The notes beneath the pieces were generated by a model. The model worked only from the letters and a program-made list of their open reading frames with translations. It made no database searches and was not told where the DNA came from. From the NCBI RefSeq assembly GCF_044704955.1, contig NC_091981.1, positions 71,734,001-71,798,000 on the forward strand: DNA of 64,000 nt, written 5' to 3'. A program made the translations under genes and the position numbers. Positions 23,897 to 37,424 of the stretch are shown piece by piece. Positions within the stretch are counted from its first letter, which is position 1; every line of letters starts with the position of its first letter. This stretch comes from Pristiophorus japonicus. Taxonomy: Eukaryota.

Positions 23897-26800
23897 CAAG
23901 TACTTGTGCATGAAACACAAAAGGTTAATATGCAGGTAGAGCAATTGATCAGGAAGGCCAATGGAATCTTGGCCTTTATTGCATAGGGGATGGAGTATAA
24001 AAGCAGGGAAGTCTTGCTACAGTTGTACAGGGTATTGGTGAGGGCACACCTGGAATACTGTGTGCAGCTTTGGTTTCCATATTTACGAAATATCCATATT
24101 TACAAGAAATTAGGGATGCATGCAATAAAGGTACAGCAGTTATCCTGGGCGACTTTAATCTTTGGGCTAACCAAACTGGTAGCAGTACAGTGGAGGAGGA
24201 TTTCCTGGGGTATATTAGGGATGGTTTTCTAGACCACTATGTCGAGGAACCAACTAGAGGGCTGGCCATCCTAGATTGGGTGATGTGTAACGAGAAAGGA
24301 CTAATTAGCAATCTTGTGCGAGGCCACTTGGGGAAGAGTAACCATTATATAATAGAATTCTTTATTAGGATGGCGAGTGACACAGTTAATTCGGAGACTA
24401 GGGTTCTGAACTTAAGGAAACGTAACTTCGATGGTATGTGATGTGAATTGGCTCGAATAGACTGGCGAATGATACTCAAAGGGTTGATGGTGGATAGGCA
24501 ATGGCAAACATTTAAAGATCACATGGTTGAACTTCAACAATTGTACATCCTTGTCTGGAGTAAAAATAAAACTGGGAAGGTGGCTCAACCGTGGCTAACA
24601 AGGGAAATTAGGGATAGTGTTAAATCCAAGGAAGAGGCATATAAATTGGCCAGAAAAAGCAGCAAACCTGAGGACGGAGAAATTTTGAATTCAGCAGAGG
24701 AGGCCAAAGGGTTTAATTAGGAGGGGGAAAATAGAGTATGAGAGGAAGCTTGCTGGGAACTTAAAAACTGACTGCAAAATCTTCGATAGAAATGTGAAGA
24801 GGAAAAGATTAGGGAAGACAAACGTAGGTCCCTTGCAGTCAGAATCAGGTAAATTTATAATGGGGAACAAAGAAATGGCAGACCAATTGAAGAAAATACT
24901 TTGGTCCTGTCTTCACGAAGGAAGACACAAATAACGTTCCGGAGATTATGGGGGACCGAGGGTCTAGCGAGAAGGAGGAACTGAAGGAAATCCTTATTAG
25001 CCAGGAAATTGTGTTGGGGAAATTGATGGCATTAAAGGCTGATAAATCCCCAAGGCCTGATAGTCTTCATCCCAGAGTACTTAAGGAAGTGGCCCTAGAA
25101 ATAGTGGATGCATTGGTGATCATTTTCCAACAGTCTATCGACTCTGATCAGTTCCTATGGACTGGAGGGTAGCTAATGTAACACCATTTTTTAAAAAAGG
25201 AGGGAGAGAGAAAATGGGGAATTATAGATCGTTTGGGCTGCCATCAGTAGTGGGGAAAATGTTGAAATCAATTATTAAAGATGAAATAACAGTGCATTTG
25301 GAAAGCAATGACAGGATCGGTCCAAGTCAGCATGGATTTATGAAAGGGAAATCATGCTTGACAAATCCTCTAGAATTTTTTGAGGATGTAACTAGTAGAG
25401 TGGACAAAGGAGAACCAGTGGATGTGGTGTATTTGGACTTTCAAAAGGCTTTTGACAAGGTCCCACATGAGATTGGTGTGCAAAATCAAAGCACATGGTA
25501 TTGGGAGTAATGTGTTGTCATGGATAGAGAACTGGTTGGCAGTCAGGAATCAGAGAGTCGGGATAAACGAGTCCTTTTCAGAATGGCAGGCAGTGACTAG
25601 TGGGGTGCTGCAGGGCTCAGTGCTGGGACTCCAGCTATTTACAATATACTACAATGATTTAGATGAAGGAATTAAGAGTAATATCTCCAAGTTTGCACAT
25701 GACACTAAGCTGGGTGGCGGTGTGAGCTGTGAGGAGGATGCTATGAGGCTGCAGAGTGACTTGGATAGGTTAGGTGAGTGGGCAAATGCATGGCAGATGA
25801 AGTATAATGTGGATAAATGTGAGGTTATCCACTTTGATGGTAAAAACAGAGAGACAGACTATTATCTGAATGGTGACAGATTAGGAAAAGGGGAGGTGCA
25901 ACGAGACCTGGGTGTCATGGTACATCAGTCATTGAAGGTTGGCATGCAGGTACAGCAGGCGGTTAAGAAAGCAAATGGCATGTTGGCCTTCATAGCGAGG
26001 GGATTTGAGTACAGGGACAGGGAGGTGTTGCTACAGTTGTACAGGGCCTTGGTGAGGCCACACCTGGAGTATTGTGTACAGTTTTGGTCTCCTAACTTGA
26101 GGAAGGACATTCTTGCTGTTGAGGGAGTGCAGCGAAGATTCACCAGACTGATTCCCGGGATGGTGGGACTGACCTATCAAGAAAGACTGGATCAACTGGG
26201 CTTGTATTCACTGGAGTTCAGAAGAATGAGAGGGGACCTCATAGAAACGTTTAAAATTCTGACGGGTTTAGACAGGTTAGATGCAGGAAGAATGTTCCCA
26301 ATGTTGGGGAAGTCCAGAACCAGGGGTCACAGTCTAAGGATAAGGGGTAAGCCATTTAGGACCGAGATGAGGAGAAACTTCTTCACCCAGAGAGTGGTGA
26401 ACCTGTGGAATTCTCTACCACAGAAAGTAGTTGAGGCCAATTCACTAAATATATTCAAAAGGGAGTTAGATGAAGTCCTTACTAATAGGGGGATCAAGGG
26501 GTATGGCGAGAAAGCAGGAAGGGGTACTGAAGTTTCATGTTCAGCCATGAACTCATTGAATGGCGGTGCAGGCTAGAAGGGCTGAATGGCCTACTCCTGC
26601 ACCTATTTTCTATGTTTCTATGTTTCTATGTATAATGTGGATAAATGTGGCAAAAACATGAAGGCAGAATTTTATCTGAATGGTGGCAGATTAGGAAAAG
26701 GGGAGGTGCAACGAGACCTGGGTGTCATGGTTCATCAGTCATTCAAGGTTGGCATGCAGGTGCAGCAGGTGGTGAAGCAGGTAAATGGCATGTTGGCCTT

Positions 26801-27940
26801 CATAGCTGGGGGTTTGGAGTATAGGAGCAGGGAGGTCTTGCTGCAGCTGTATAGGGCCTTGGTGAGGCCTCACCTGGAATATTGTGTTCAGTTTTGGTCT
26901 CCTAATCTGAGGAAGGATGTTCTTGCTATTGAGGGAGTGCAGCGAAGGTTCACCAGACTGATTCCTGAGATGGCAGGACTAATATATGAGGAGAGACTGG
27001 ATCGACTGGGCCTGTACTCACTTGAGTTTAGAAGAATGAGAGGGGATCTGATAGAAACATATAAAATTCTGATGGACTGGACAGGTTAGATGCAGGACGA
27101 ATGTTCCCGTTATTGGGGGAGTCCAGAACCAGGGGTCACAGTCTAAAGATAAGAGGTAAGCCATTTATGACCGAGATGAGGAGAAACTTCTTCACTCAGA
27201 ATTGTTAACCTGTGGAATTCTCTTCCACAGAGAGTTGTTGATGCTAGTTCATTCGATATATTCAAGAGCGAGTTGGAGATGGCCCTTTTGGCTAAAGGGA
27301 TCAAGGTGTATGGAGAGAAAGCAGGAAAGGGGTACTGAGGTGAATGATCAGCCATGATCATCATGAATGGTGATGTTGGCTCCAAGGGCCAAATGGCCTA
27401 CTCCTGCACCTATTTTCTATGTTTCTATGAAGGATATACTTGCTTTGGAGACAGTTCAGAGAAGGTTCACTAGGTTGATTCTGGAGATGAGGGGTTTGAC
27501 TTATGATGAAAAGTTGAGTAGATTGTGTGTCTACTCATTGGAATTCAGAAGAATGAGAGGTGATCTTATCGAAATGTATAAGATTATAAGGGGGCTTGAT
27601 GGGTTGGATGCAGAGAGGATGGTTCCACTGTTAGGGGAGACTAGAACTAGAGGGCATAATCTTAGAATAAGGGGCCGCCCATTTAAAACTGAGATGAGGA
27701 GAAATTTCTTCTGAGGGTTGTAAATCTGTGGAATTCGCTGCCTCAGAGAGCTGTGGAAGCTGGGACATTGAATAAATTTAAGACAGAAATAGATAAGGGA
27801 ATAAGGGGTTATGGAGAGCGGGCAGGGAAGTGAACCTGAGTCCATGATCGGATCAGCCATGATCATATTAAATGATGGAGCAGGCTTGAGGGGCCGTATG
27901 GCCTACTCCTGCTCCTATTTCTAATGTTCTTGTGTTCTAA
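23897..27940 (+). mobile_element. Three nested same-strand CR1 copies: outer 23897-24090 + 27430-27940; middle 24100-~25740 + 26629-27429; inner young ~25740-26628
   Basis: The outer copy breaks at tttccatatttacgaaa and resumes at aaggatatacttgc. Three (tttctatg)-type tails at about 26610-26628, 27415-27429 and 27920-27938. Confidence 0.85.
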
Positions 27941-27954
27941 GTATGAGGAGTAAA

Positions 27955-30600
27955 AAGGAATGTGGCAGTGGTAGGTGACAGTATAGTCGGGGATAGATAC
28001 TGTTCTCTGCAGCTGTGACAGGCAGTACTAAAGGTTGAGTTGCCTGCCGAGTGCCAGGGTTAAGGATATCTCCTCATGCCTGGAGAAGAACTTGGAGTGG
28101 GAGGGTGAGGATCCAGTTCTCGTGGTCCACATAGGAACCATCAACATGGGTAGAAGAAGGCTCTGCTGAGCAAGTTTGAGGAATTAGGGCCAAATGAAAA
28201 AGCATAGGGACAAACAGATTAGAGTTTGAAATATGTGGTTCGAAGCGTGGTGTAGGAGAAAGGGGTTTCAGTTCATGGGGCACTGGCACCAGTACTGGGG
28301 AAAGAGGGAGCTGCTCTGTTGGAACGGGCTCCACTTAAACTGGGGTGGGATCACTGTCCTGGTGAATTGAATAATTAGGACAGTAGACAGGGCTTTAAAC
28401 CAATGATGGGGTTTGGGGGTGGTGGGGGAGAGGTTTCAGGAAAGAGTAAATATAAAAGCAGCAAGAGAAATATCAATGCTCGAGAGCAGAGTAGAGTTTG
28501 GGATAAAAGCAGAGTGGAGCAGGAAGGCACAGAGTGAAGATAATAGAGCATCAATGACTACGGTGACATCAGGGAAAAATAGAAAAAAGTCAAGGCACTA
28601 TCGATGAATGTGCGAAGCATTCACAAAAAAATGAATTAATAGCACAAATAGAAATTAATAGGTTTGGGAGACATGGTTGCAAAGTGACCAAGGTTGGGAA
28701 CTAAATATTCCAGGATACTTAACCTTTAATCGAGATCGGCCTGATAATAAAAGATGGGATAAAGACCGTAGAAAGAAAGGATCTTGCCTCGGAAAATCAA
28801 GAAATAGGATCAGTTTGGTTGGAGCTCAGAAACAGCAAGGGACAGAAAACATTGGTGAGAGTTATTTATAAGCCCCCTCAAACAGTAGTTGTACTGTAGG
28901 GCAGAGTATAAATCAGGAAATTCGAGGTGCAAGTATCAACAGTAATACAGTAATCATGGGGGACTTTAATCTACATATAGACTGGGCAAACCAAATTTGC
29001 AGAAATAGTATGGAAGACGAATTCATGGAATGTTTTCTAGATCGGTATATTAAGGAACCAACTAAGGAACAGGCTATTTGAGATCTAGTATTGTGCAATG
29101 AGAAAGGGTTAATTTATAACCTTGTAGTAAAAGGGCCTTTAGGAAAGAGTGACCCAGAGTTTTATACTAAATCTGAAACTAGGCTCTTAAATCTAAACAA
29201 AAGAAACTATGTAGGTATGAGGGGCGAGTTGGCTAAGGTAGATTGGGAAACCATATTAAAAGGTATTATGGTAGACAAGCAATGGCTAATATTTAAAGAA
29301 TTAATACATAATTTACAGCAAATATTGATTCCTTTAAAGGCACAAAAATCCTATTGGAAAAGTGGTCCAACCGTGGCTAACAAGAGAAGTTAAAGATAGT
29401 ATTAGACCAAAGGAAGAGGCTTATACTTTTACCAAAGAGTAGTAAGCCTGAGGATTTTAGAATTCAGCAAAGGAGGACCAAGAAATTGAGAAGGAAAGAG
29501 AAAAAAGTATATGAATAAATTAGCAAGAGACAAAAACAGATAGTAAATGTTTCTGTAGGTATGTAAATAGGAAGAGATCAGTGAAAGTAAACGTAGGCCC
29601 ATTAGAGGCAGAGACAGCAGAAATTATAATGGGCAATAAGGAAATGGCAGAGCTATTAACAAATACTTTGTATCTGTCTTTACAGTAGAACACACAAAAA
29701 ACATTCTGGAAATAGCGAAAGTGAGGAATTTAAAGAAATCAGTATAAGTAAAGATAGGGCCGTAAATTCCGGTCTCGCTGGGTCTGTACGAAGTGCGGCC
29801 CCGCACAGACCCGGCAAGGCCTCACAAAAGCCGTTTGTTTTCTAGATTTCTCTAAACTGATCCTCTGCATTCCTGGACATTCACACGAGAGAGTTTGGGC
29901 TATTTGCCCAACGAATGTCCTTCAAACTTTTACACCTGGTAAAAGCAGGTGCAAAAGCTTACTTTTATCAGCGTAAGAGTTTTAAAACACACAAAAATTA
30001 CATTTAAACATTCATTTTTACATTAACAACCCTGTCCATTAAGGTAAGTTTATTTTATAGTGATTAGTGGTCCAGGCCCACATGACTCCAGCATACGTAC
30101 CTGAAAGACATCCTCCCATGCGCTGCGCAGCGAATCTAAGCCTCCGACCGGGATCTCTACATTCCTCCGGGACCACCAGGTACTTTCGTAGATTTTTTTC
30201 GGATCGGAGGGGTTTGTACGAAGGAAGCCTTCGACCACAATTTTCCCCCGTAAAAGGGAAGAAATAGGGTAGATAGTGAGAAACTATTCCTGCTGGTTGG
30301 GGAGTCTAGGACTAGGGGTCATAGACTACAAATTAGAGCCAGACCTTTCAGGAATGAAATTAAGAAACACTTCTACACAAAGAGTGGTAGAAGTTTGGAA
30401 CCTCTTCTGCAAATGACAATTGATGCTAGATCTTGATGTTAGCTTTAAATTTGAGATTGATACGTTTTTGTTAACCAAAGGTATGCAAGGGTATGGGCCA
30501 AAGGTGGTATATGGAGGTAGGTCGCAGATCAGCCATGATCTCATTGAATGGCGGAACAGGCTCAAGGAGAGAAATGGCCTTCCAATATTCCTTTTTCCCC
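27955..30600 (+). mobile_element. Degraded CR1 (ORF1 esterase, ORF2 APE, internally deleted 3' end), interrupted by a MITE
   Basis: VVGDSIV and DPVLVVHIGT; QSDQGWELNIPGY and MCNEKGLI; 3' end at 30265-30600. Confidence 0.8.
29757..30250. mobile_element. MITE copy of the same family as 21727-22682
   Basis: Termini gggccgtaaattccggtc / gaccacaattttccccc; shared internal motifs (tttgggctatttgccca, gggaccaccaggta). Confidence 0.65.
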
Positions 30601-30839
30601 AGGTATGATGGCAGTTAAGTTACAACCATCCTACCTTGTAGCAGTAGTATTCCTTGACCAACTGATTGCAGGAAATAAGCTTGATGGTGACTTGATAGTT
30701 GGATTTCTTCCATCATCCTTTTGCTGTTATGAAATACATGATCCCACCTATTAATAGGAGAGACTAGCCCAGCAGAGAAATACTGGCATTATAGCCCATC
30801 CTATCAATCTATAGCACTGCACATTGGCATACTGCCATA

Positions 30840-31290
30840 TTACAACAACAATCTCCATTTATATATCGCCTTTAATGTAGTAAAATGCTCCATGGTGCTT
30901 CACAGGAAAAATTTGACATGAGCCACATGAGGTATTGGGACCAGTGACCAAAAGCTTGGTCAAAGTGGTAGGTTTCAAGGAGCATCTTGAAAGAGGAGAG
31001 GTGGAGAGGCTTTGGGAGGGAATTCTGGAGCATAGAGCTTAGACAACTGAAGGCACAGCCGCCAGTGCAGGGGCAAAGGGAATCGTGGATGCATAAGAGG
31101 CCAGAATTAGAGGACAGCAGAGTTCTGAGAGTCATAGCACTGGAGGAAATTCAAGATTGTGAGGGGTGAGGCCATGATAGGATTTGAACACAAGGATGAC
31201 AATTTTAAATTTGAGGCGTTGCCGGACCGAACATAGACGTGATGAGTGAACGGGACTTCGGGCGAGTCAGGGTACGGGCAGCAGAGCTTT
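30840..31290 (-). mobile_element. L2 LINE 3' fragment
   Basis: GGCAFSCLSSMLQNSLPKPLHL..FKMLLETYHFDQAF; (TTG)n tail seen as acaacaacaa at 30842. Confidence 0.8.
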
Positions 31291-31481
31291 TACATCACCA
31301 TATCAATTGTTGATTGGTTCGTTAATGTTTTGACAGAGCTCACTGTTTGATGTTTTAGTAATCATTTACATATTTCTAAATGGGGACTGTTTGTTGAAAC
31401 AACACAAACTTTGAGTGTATATTGGTTCATAATTTTAGACTTTTTCTTGATAACTCTGCACTATTTTATTCTTGTGAACAG

Positions 31482-31523
31482 AATGAAGGACAGCTAGCCA
31501 GCATGAAAGAGACTTCACATTGA
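31482..31523 (+). CDS. SYCP2L: SYCP2-like terminal coding exon: NEGQLASMKETSH*
   Basis: Acceptor attcttgtgaacag; phase 0 matches the previous donor; TGA at 31521-31523; followed by an AT-rich UTR-like region with poly(A) signals. Confidence 0.55.
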   Translation, partial: NEGQLASMKETSH

Positions 31524-31815
31524 TTACTTTGGATAAGTGAAACCATCTTTTCATTTAAAAATAAAATGGAACTTGAGTACCAGAGAAAAGGAGTCTTGTT
31601 TCAGAAGTAAATGATGAACTACTATATTGTGTTCTGAATACCAATAATGATCATGCATGTCTCATTTTCGTTCATGTGAGTGTTAAAATATTATGCATGC
31701 ACTGTTATTTCTGTATTATTAGACTAATGCTCAAATACAAGAATAAATGAGTATTAAGCAATATAAAATTTTTTGTATTGATTTCAAATAAATTGTTTAC
31801 AAAATAGATTAAAAA
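31524..31815 (+). terminator. 3'UTR with candidate polyadenylation signals
   Basis: AATAAA at about 31560, 31742 and 31787. Confidence 0.5.
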
Positions 31816-32015
31816 ATTAACCTGTTGGAACTGTGGAAAGTTGGAATGCACCTCTATAACTATAACCAGCTTTGTGGCAAAAGACTTATCCCAACCATAT
31901 TATCAAGGAGGCACCAAGCACTTTCCAACAGGGATAGATGAAGAATCTGATGGAAATTTGCCCCTGATTATTGTTGCACAGATCTTTTAGATGATTTCAA
32001 AACCGCATTGTGTAT

Positions 32016-35000
32016 TAGAAACATAGAAACATAGAAAATAGGTGCAGTAGGCCATTCGGCCCTTCTAGCCTGCACCGCCATTCAATGAGTTCATGGCTGA
32101 ACATGCAACTTCAGTACCCCATTCCTGCTTTCTCACCATACCCCTTGATTCCCCTAGTAGTAAGGACTTCATCTAACTCCTTTTTGAATATATTTAGTGA
32201 ATTGGCCTCAACAACTTTCTGTGGTAGAGAATTCCACAGGTTCACCACTCTCTGGGTGAAGAAATTCCTCCTCATCTCGGTCCTAAATGGCTTCCCCCTT
32301 ATCCTTAGACTGTGTCCCCTGGTTCTGGACTTCCCCAACATTGGGAACATTCTTCCTGCATCTAACCTGTCTAACCCCGTCAGAATTTTAAACGTTTCTA
32401 TGAGGTCCCCTCTCATTCTTCTGAACTCCAGTGAATACAAGCCCAGTTGATCCAGTCTTTCTTGATAGGTCAGTCCCGCCATCCCGGGAATCAGTCTGGT
32501 GAACCTTCGCTGCACTCCCTCAATAGCAAGAATGTCCTTCCTCAGGTTAGGAGACCAAAACGGTACACAATACTCCAGGTGTGGCCTCACCAAGGCCCTG
32601 TACAATTGTAGCAACACCTCCCTGCCCTTGTACTCAAATCCCCTCGCTATGAAGGCCAACATGCCATTTGCTTTCTTAACCGCCTGCTGTACCTGCATGC
32701 CAACCTTCAATGACTGATGTACCATGACACCCAGGTCTCTTTGCACCTGCCCTTTTCCTAATCTGTCACCATTCAGATAATAGTCTGTCTCTCTGTTTTT
32801 ACCACCAAAGTGGATAACCTCACATTTATCCACATTATACTTCATCTGCCATGCATTTGCCCACTCACCTAACCTATCCAAGTCGCTCTGCAGCCTCATA
32901 GAATCCTCCTTGCAGCTCACACTGCCACCCAACTTAGTGTCATCCGCAAATTTGGAGATACTACATTTAATCCCCTTGTCTAAATCATTAATGTACAGTG
33001 TAAACAGCTGGGGCCCCAGCACAGAACCTTGCGGTACCCCACTAGTCACTGCCTGCCATTCTGAAAAGTACCCATTTACTCCTACTCTTTGCTTCCTGTC
33101 TGACAACCAGTTCTCAATCCATGTCAGCACACTACCCCCAATCCCATGTGCTTTAACTTTGCACATTAATCTCTTGTGTGGGACCTTGTCGAAAGCCTTC
33201 TGAAAGTCCAAATATACCACATCAACTGGTTCTCCCTTGTCCACTCTACTGGAAACATCCTCAAAAAATTCCAGAAGATTTGTCAAGCATGATTTCCCTT
33301 TCACAAATCCATGCTGACTTGGACCTATCATATTACCTCTTTCCAAATGCACTGCGATGACATCCTTAATAATTGATTCCATCATTTTACCCACTACCGA
33401 TGTCAGGCTGACCGGTCTGTAATTCCCTGTTTTCTCTCTCCCTCCTTTTTTAAAAAGTGGGGTTACATTGGCTACCCTCCATAGGAACTGATCCAGAGTC
33501 AATGGAATGTTGGAAAATGACTGTCAATGCATCCACTATTTCCAAGGCCACCTCCTTAAGTACTCTGGGATGCAGTCCATCAGGCCCTGGGGATTTATCG
33601 GCCTTCAATCCCATCAATTTCCCCAACACAATTTCCCGACTAATAAGGATTTCCCTCAGTTCCTCCTCCTTACTAGACCCTCCGACCCCTTTTATATCCG
33701 GAAGGTTGTTTGTGTCCTCCTCAGTGAATACCGAACCAAAGTACTTGTTCAATTGGTCCGCCATTTCTTTGTTCCCCGTTATGACTTCCCCTGATTCTGA
33801 CTGCAGGGGACCTACGTTTGTCTTTACTAACCTTTTTCTCTTTACATATCTATAGAAACTTTTGCAATCCGTCTTAATGTTCCCTGCAAGCTTCTTCTCG
33901 TACTCCATTTTCCCTGCCCTAATCAAACCCTTTGTCCTCCTCTGCTGAGTTCTAAATTTCTCCCAGTCCCCGGGTTCTCTGCTATTTCTGGCCAATTTGT
34001 ATGCCACTTCCTTGGCTTTAATGCTATCCCTGATTTCCCTTGATAGCCACGGTTGAGCCACCTTCCCTTTTTTATTTTTACGACAGACAGGAATGTACAA
34101 TTGTTGTAGTTCATCCATGCGGTCTCTAAATGTCTGCCATTGCCCATCCACAGTCAACCCCTTCAGTATCATTCGCCAATCTATCCTAGCCAATTCACGC
34201 CTCATACCTTCAAAGTTACCCTTCTTTAAGTTCTGGACCATGGTCTCTGAATTAACTGTTTCATTCTCCATCCTAATGCAGAATTCCACCATATTATGGT
34301 CACTCTTCCCCAAGGGGCCTCGCACAACGAGATTGCTAATTAATCCTCTCTCATTACACAACACCCAGTCTAAGATGGCCTCCCCCCTAGTTGGTTCCTC
34401 GACATATTGGTCTAAAAAACCATCCCTTATGCACTCCAGGAAATCCTCCTCTACCATATTGCTTCCAGTTTGGTTAACCCAATCTATGTGCATATTAAAG
34501 TCACCCATTATAACTGCTGCACCTTTATTGCACGCACCCCTAATTTCATATTTGATGCCCTCCCCAACATCACTACTACTGTTTGGAGGTCTGTACACAA
34601 CTCCCACTAACGTTTTTTGTCCTTTGGTATTCTGCAGCTCTACCCATATAGATTCCACATCATCCAAGCTAATGTCCTTCCGAACTATTGCCTTAATTTG
34701 CTCCTTAACCAGCAATGCTACCCCACCTCCTTTTCCTTTTATTCTATCTTTCCTGAATGTTGAATACCCCTGGATGTTGAGTTCCCAGCCCTGATCATCC
34801 TGGAGCCACGTCTCCGTAATCCCAATCACATCATATTTGTTAACATCTATTTGCACAGTTAATTCATCCACTTTATTGCGGATACTCCTTGCATTAAGAC
34901 ACAAAGCCTTCAGGCTTGTTCTTTTAACACCCTTTGTCCTTTTAGAATTTTGCTGTACAGTGGCCCTTTTTGTTCTTTGCCTTGGGTTTCTCTGCCCTCC

Positions 35001-35068
35001 ACTTTTCCTCATCTCCTTTCTGTCTTTTGCTTTTGCCTCCTTTTTGTTTCCCTCTGTCTCCCTGCATT
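32016..35068 (-). mobile_element. Young CR1 with a complete ORF2 (APE + RT) broken by one frameshift; ORF1 missing (5'-truncated)
   Basis: ORFs 33450-35012 (520 aa) and 32111-33502 (463 aa) overlap at a 5-bp deletion near 33480. KFADDTKL is intact and the tail is (tttctatg)n. Confidence 0.97.
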
Positions 35069-35972
35069 TGGTGAGGTGCCCTGACTTGAATCCATGAGAA
35101 GGGGAGAAAGTGCCTTGTCCAGTCTCTGCTAACCCACAATCATGATTCCTGTAATGCTATGTGTCACTTTGATCATTTTGAATTCCCATGATTCAATGTG
35201 ATGGTCATACATTTTAACTAGTATAGGGAGTGGTGAAAGTATAAGGAATTTATACTTATTAGTAACTGCTTCTTAATGCAATGTGTGAAACAGAGATTGG
35301 GTGCAGGCTGGAGGTTTAGACCTGGATTTTCAATGGGATTGTGCCTCTATCAGGGAAGAACTTCTGTCCACGCTAGAGATGCTCCTTGATGCCATCTAAA
35401 TTTCCAACCTCCACCAGTAAATTGCATAAAAATGAGCCAAGAGTTTCTGCAGTAAACATTGGAAAAGGTAACTGTGAGCAACCTGAAATATTTCTGAGAT
35501 TGCTGGAGGTTGTGCACAGCCTTATTGACCATTACTCCTCCTAGAGCCCCTCCCCCTTCCTTTCTGGTGCCTAATTAGCCCTTAATATTTAAATGTATAT
35601 TGGAACTGACTAGTAACCTGGAATTGGATAAATACAAGAGTTCTGGTGGTCATTATAGGTTCTATTTATATTTCAATTAAAACTACTAAAATTGAGCTGC
35701 AAACCATTAGAAAGCTTTGGAGCTATGAGCAGTATCTGAGCTGGAAATCAAACTTAAGGTATGGAATTTTTAAGAGGACAGTCTCGAGGGATGAGTAACC
35801 TAGCAAAATCTCGACCATGTTGGCTGAGTAATGATGTCAAAAATAAAATCACATTGAGCTAACAGTCATCCAAGACTTGGTTCATGATAACAAATGATTA
35901 TTGTAAAAAAAACAATAGGAATACAGATTATAGCTCACATGAGTTCCAAATAAATTTGACTAGTTAATTACT

Positions 35973-36710
35973 GGCCCAGAAATCCCGATCGAGGCCTTCC
36001 TGTGGGCAAACTACTGAAAAAAGGAAAAAAAAATGCGCACTTAACTGAAGGTGCTGTCCCGCTCGAACTTCCGATCCTGAGACCTTCACTCCCTACGCAT
36101 CGGAGCACATGCACGTTGGGACGTCCGTATGCTGGAGCTGGAGTGGGCAGCCAATCAAAGTACAGTATTTTCTCATTATAATAATGGAAACTCCGTAAGT
36201 CGGAGTTTCCATTATTATGAATGAGAAAACCCCCCCAAACACACACAACACTAAAAAAAAATAGAAAAATACTTTACATATTTAAGATTCATTTAAATTA
36301 AATTTCTTTTTTAAAAAGTCGGGAAAATATATATTGTTTTTTTAATTGTCTTAAAATAAACTTATAGTAGTGAGGAGGGTTTTTAACAACAAAATATGTT
36401 TTCATGTGTTTATTTAATTTTTAATGTTTATGCATGTTTTTAAACACTTGCGCCTGTAAAAGTAGGCTATACGCCTGCTTTTTCAGGTGCAAGATTTTTT
36501 AGGACACAGGATGTGTAAATATTGCAAATCTTACCCTTGCAAATGTCCTCGCTCCCGATATGCACGAGATCTGTCAAGCCAGAAACTTGACAGATCGGAA
36601 AAGCCGGTTTTCAGCGCATGTGCATTGCGCACTGAAAATCGGCTTTTCCGATGCCTTCCCGGGTCCGTAGAAACTTCTTACGGACCTGGGACATCGGAAT
36701 TTCAGGCTCA
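35973..36710. mobile_element. MITE copy (best preserved) with three internal hairpins
   Basis: Termini ggcccagaaatcccgat / atcggaatttcaggct; inverted repeats at about 36178-36218, 36568-36596 and 36594-36652. Confidence 0.7.
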
Positions 36711-37424
36711 CTGTACTAAAGGTCAAATATGCCCTTTTAAAGGACTGTTCAAAGGCATGGTTAAATTAGTTCACAAATTAAGGCTGGGCACATTTCCACA
36801 TTTATTCCATTTAGCTTGAGAGCCTATAACCTTTTAAAGCTCAGTAAGAAATTTGAAGTCGGATGTGATGTGCCCTGGAATCAAGGAAATCGGTTAGGCT
36901 ACAGAGTAAAAGTATTTACAAGTTCATAAATAAAGGAGGTATCTCTGATTTTTATTTTATATATTTGTTTTTGAAATGTGGATGACGCTGGCAAGCCTGC
37001 ATTTATTGCCCATCCCTTGTTGCCTTGAAGTGGTAGTGGCAGGCCTTCTCTTTGAACTGATAGTCTTTGTGGTGGTCGTGCTCCCATAGTTGTGTTAGAA
37101 AGGAAATTCCAAGCTTTGACACAGTGATGAAGGAACAATTGTGTACATCTAATTCAAAATGGTGCATGATGTGGAGGAAACTTGTCGATGCTTTTCCTTG
37201 CTCTTGTCTTGGTAGAGTTTGCAGGGGAGGGAGGTGCTGTCAAAGTAAACTTTGTGTTTTTGCTACAATGTATCCTGTGGATCATACATACTGTAGCTCC
37301 ATTATGCCAACGATGGTGTGAATATTTAATCCAGTAATGTGCACCAATGATACAAACGGTACTGTCTTAGAGGGTGTGCAGCTTCTTATGTTGTGGATGC
37401 AACTATCAAGCAAGTGCTGAGTAT

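Noticed and set aside
33457-34794. Long + strand ORFs (132 and 233 aa) and similar Ser/Leu-rich ORFs across the window
   Set aside because: Antisense shadows of CR1 ORF2; no independent evidence of coding
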